Shown: positions 40,089 to 41,176 of the stretch, piece by piece
Numbering within the stretch: position 1 is the stretch's first letter
Layout of the letters: the number at the start of each line of letters is the position of its first letter
NCBI GenBank assembly: GCA_048938895.1
Contig: JBHLLU010000035.1
Span: forward strand, 1-41,176
Reading direction: 5' to 3'
Source of the DNA: Promethearchaeota archaeon
GTDB taxonomy: Archaea > Asgardarchaeota > Lokiarchaeia > Sigyniarchaeales > SOKP01
DNA: 41,176 bases
Position numbers and translations under genes: made by a program
Notes under the pieces: model-generated
What the model saw: the letters and a program-made list of their open reading frames with translations, nothing else
Told to the model about the DNA's origin: nothing
Databases searched by the model: none

Positions 40089-41176
40089 ATGATTGGAATT
40101 AAATCTTATGGTGCATACTTACCAAAATATTTATTGCCCCGTGAGCTGATTGCTCGAGCATGGGACTTTCCAGCTGTTCCGGGCACTAAAGCTTTTGCTA
40201 GTATAGATGAGGATAGTATTACAATGGCAGTTGAAGCTGGATTAGATTGCCTAAGTGGAATTGACCCAAAGAGTATTGATGGCTTATTTTTTGCTTCCAC
40301 CACCCAAGTATATACTGAAAAAGATTCAGCCTCATTTATAGCTACTGTATTAGATATGAGAGAAGATATCATTACTGCTGATTTTACAGATTCATTAAAA
40401 GCAGGAACAACAGCTTTAGCTAGAGCAATGGATACAATTAAAGCTAATAAAGATATCGGGAGTATACTTATTATTGCATCGGATACAAGAGAACCAGAAC
40501 CTGCAACAATGTGGGAATTTGGATTTGCTGATGGTGCTGCCGCTTTTTTGGTTTCAGAAGAAGATAATCTACCTCTTGTTATTGATGATTATTATTCTAT
40601 TTCAGTTAATGTTACTGGTCCTTGGAAAAGAACTAAAGAAGATAGCTTTATTAGGACTTTTGAGGCTAAGATGGACAATCAATTTTATGCTCAGACGATT
40701 ACAAAAGTAATGTCTGAAATAATGAAACGAAATAATTTAAAACCAGAAGATATTGATGTAGCTGCGTATTATTACAATAATCCTAGAACTCATGCTCGAA
40801 TCTCTAAGAGAATGAATTTTGCGCAAGGTGTTGCACAGGATGGCTTATTTTTTCAAGTTGGTGATCTTGGGACCCCAATGTCTTTTATGTTGTTAATCTC
40901 AGCCATGAAACGCCCTAAAGAAGAAGCAAAGGTAATTCTAGCTGGATTTGGTGATGGGGGAGATGCCTTTTTGATGCATGTTCAAGATAGAAAAGCATTG
41001 AGAGACCTTTCTAAAAACCATATGGGAATAACTGGACACCAAAAGACAATGAAAGCTATAAAGAACTATAGTCTCTATATTGAGAATAAGAAATTACTTG
41101 AAAAAGATAGATATGTAAGAAAAAGTTCAGCTGTGACTATGTGGCGTGATACTCCTTCAGTTTACAAAATGTATGG
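40089..41176 (+). CDS. HMG-CoA-synthase-like thiolase-fold protein, 3'-truncated by the window edge
   Basis: Not in the ORF track. Open frame MIGIKSYGAYLPKY...DEDSITMAVEAG...FASTT...GAAA...VGDLG...GFGDGGDA runs off the end. Confidence 0.8.
   Translation, partial: MIGIKSYGAYLPKYLLPRELIARAWDFPAVPGTKAFASIDEDSITMAVEAGLDCLSGIDPKSIDGLFFASTTQVYTEKDSASFIATVLDMREDIITADFTDSLKAGTTALARAMDTIKANKDIGSILIIASDTREPEPATMWEFGFADGAAAFLVSEEDNLPLVIDDYYSISVNVTGPWKRTKEDSFIRTFEAKMDNQFYAQTITKVMSEIMKRNNLKPEDIDVAAYYYNNPRTHARISKRMNFAQGVAQDGLFFQVGDLGTPMSFMLLISAMKRPKEEAKVILAGFGDGGDAFLMHVQDRKALRDLSKNHMGITGHQKTMKAIKNYSLYIENKKLLEKDRYVRKSSAVTMWRDTPSVYKMY

Noticed and set aside
1508-40710. Short antisense or off-frame ORFs in the track (for example 1508-1723, 7174-7545, 14050-14349, 24802-25104, 40106-40372, 40474-40710)
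   Set aside because: They lie on top of well-supported genes and have no motifs, so they are shadow ORFs.
1-41176. Genome-wide UGA reassignment (Trp, Gly or Cys)
   Set aside because: No other gene has an internal TGA, Trp and Cys use normal codons, and tpl ends on TGA at the homologous C-terminus.

Overview
Low-GC archaeal DNA, most likely Asgard/Lokiarchaeota-like. This is inferred from a Rab-like small GTPase, TPR-longin and uDENN/longin-like proteins, GAGGTG-type Shine-Dalgarno sites and many HdrA paralogues. The first 19.6 kb is a large soluble heterodisulfide-reductase (Hdr/Mvh) cluster. Its key hidden feature is an hdrA-mvhD pair that the ORF track breaks up or misses. hdrA (1224-3167) is one reading frame with five in-frame TGA codons, and mvhD (3171-3644) has two. 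All seven fall where the Cys-only paralogues in this window have Cys, so they are best read as selenocysteine. A SECIS-like hairpin candidate begins at the mvhD stop. Next come a wHTH-FrhB fusion, two HdrD-like genes, three long double-FAD HdrA genes, two Cys-MvhD genes and a QueG-like FeS protein. The rest holds metabolic genes (flavin reductase, MDR dehydrogenase, sulfatase, Ser/Thr dehydratase, MFS, M28 peptidase, enolase-family enzyme, tyrosine phenol-lyase, HMG-CoA-synthase-like) and eukaryote-signature-like modules (small GTPase plus Zn-TPR-longin; uDENN/longin-Ig plus GNAT). No rRNA, tRNA, CRISPR array or mobile element was recognised.
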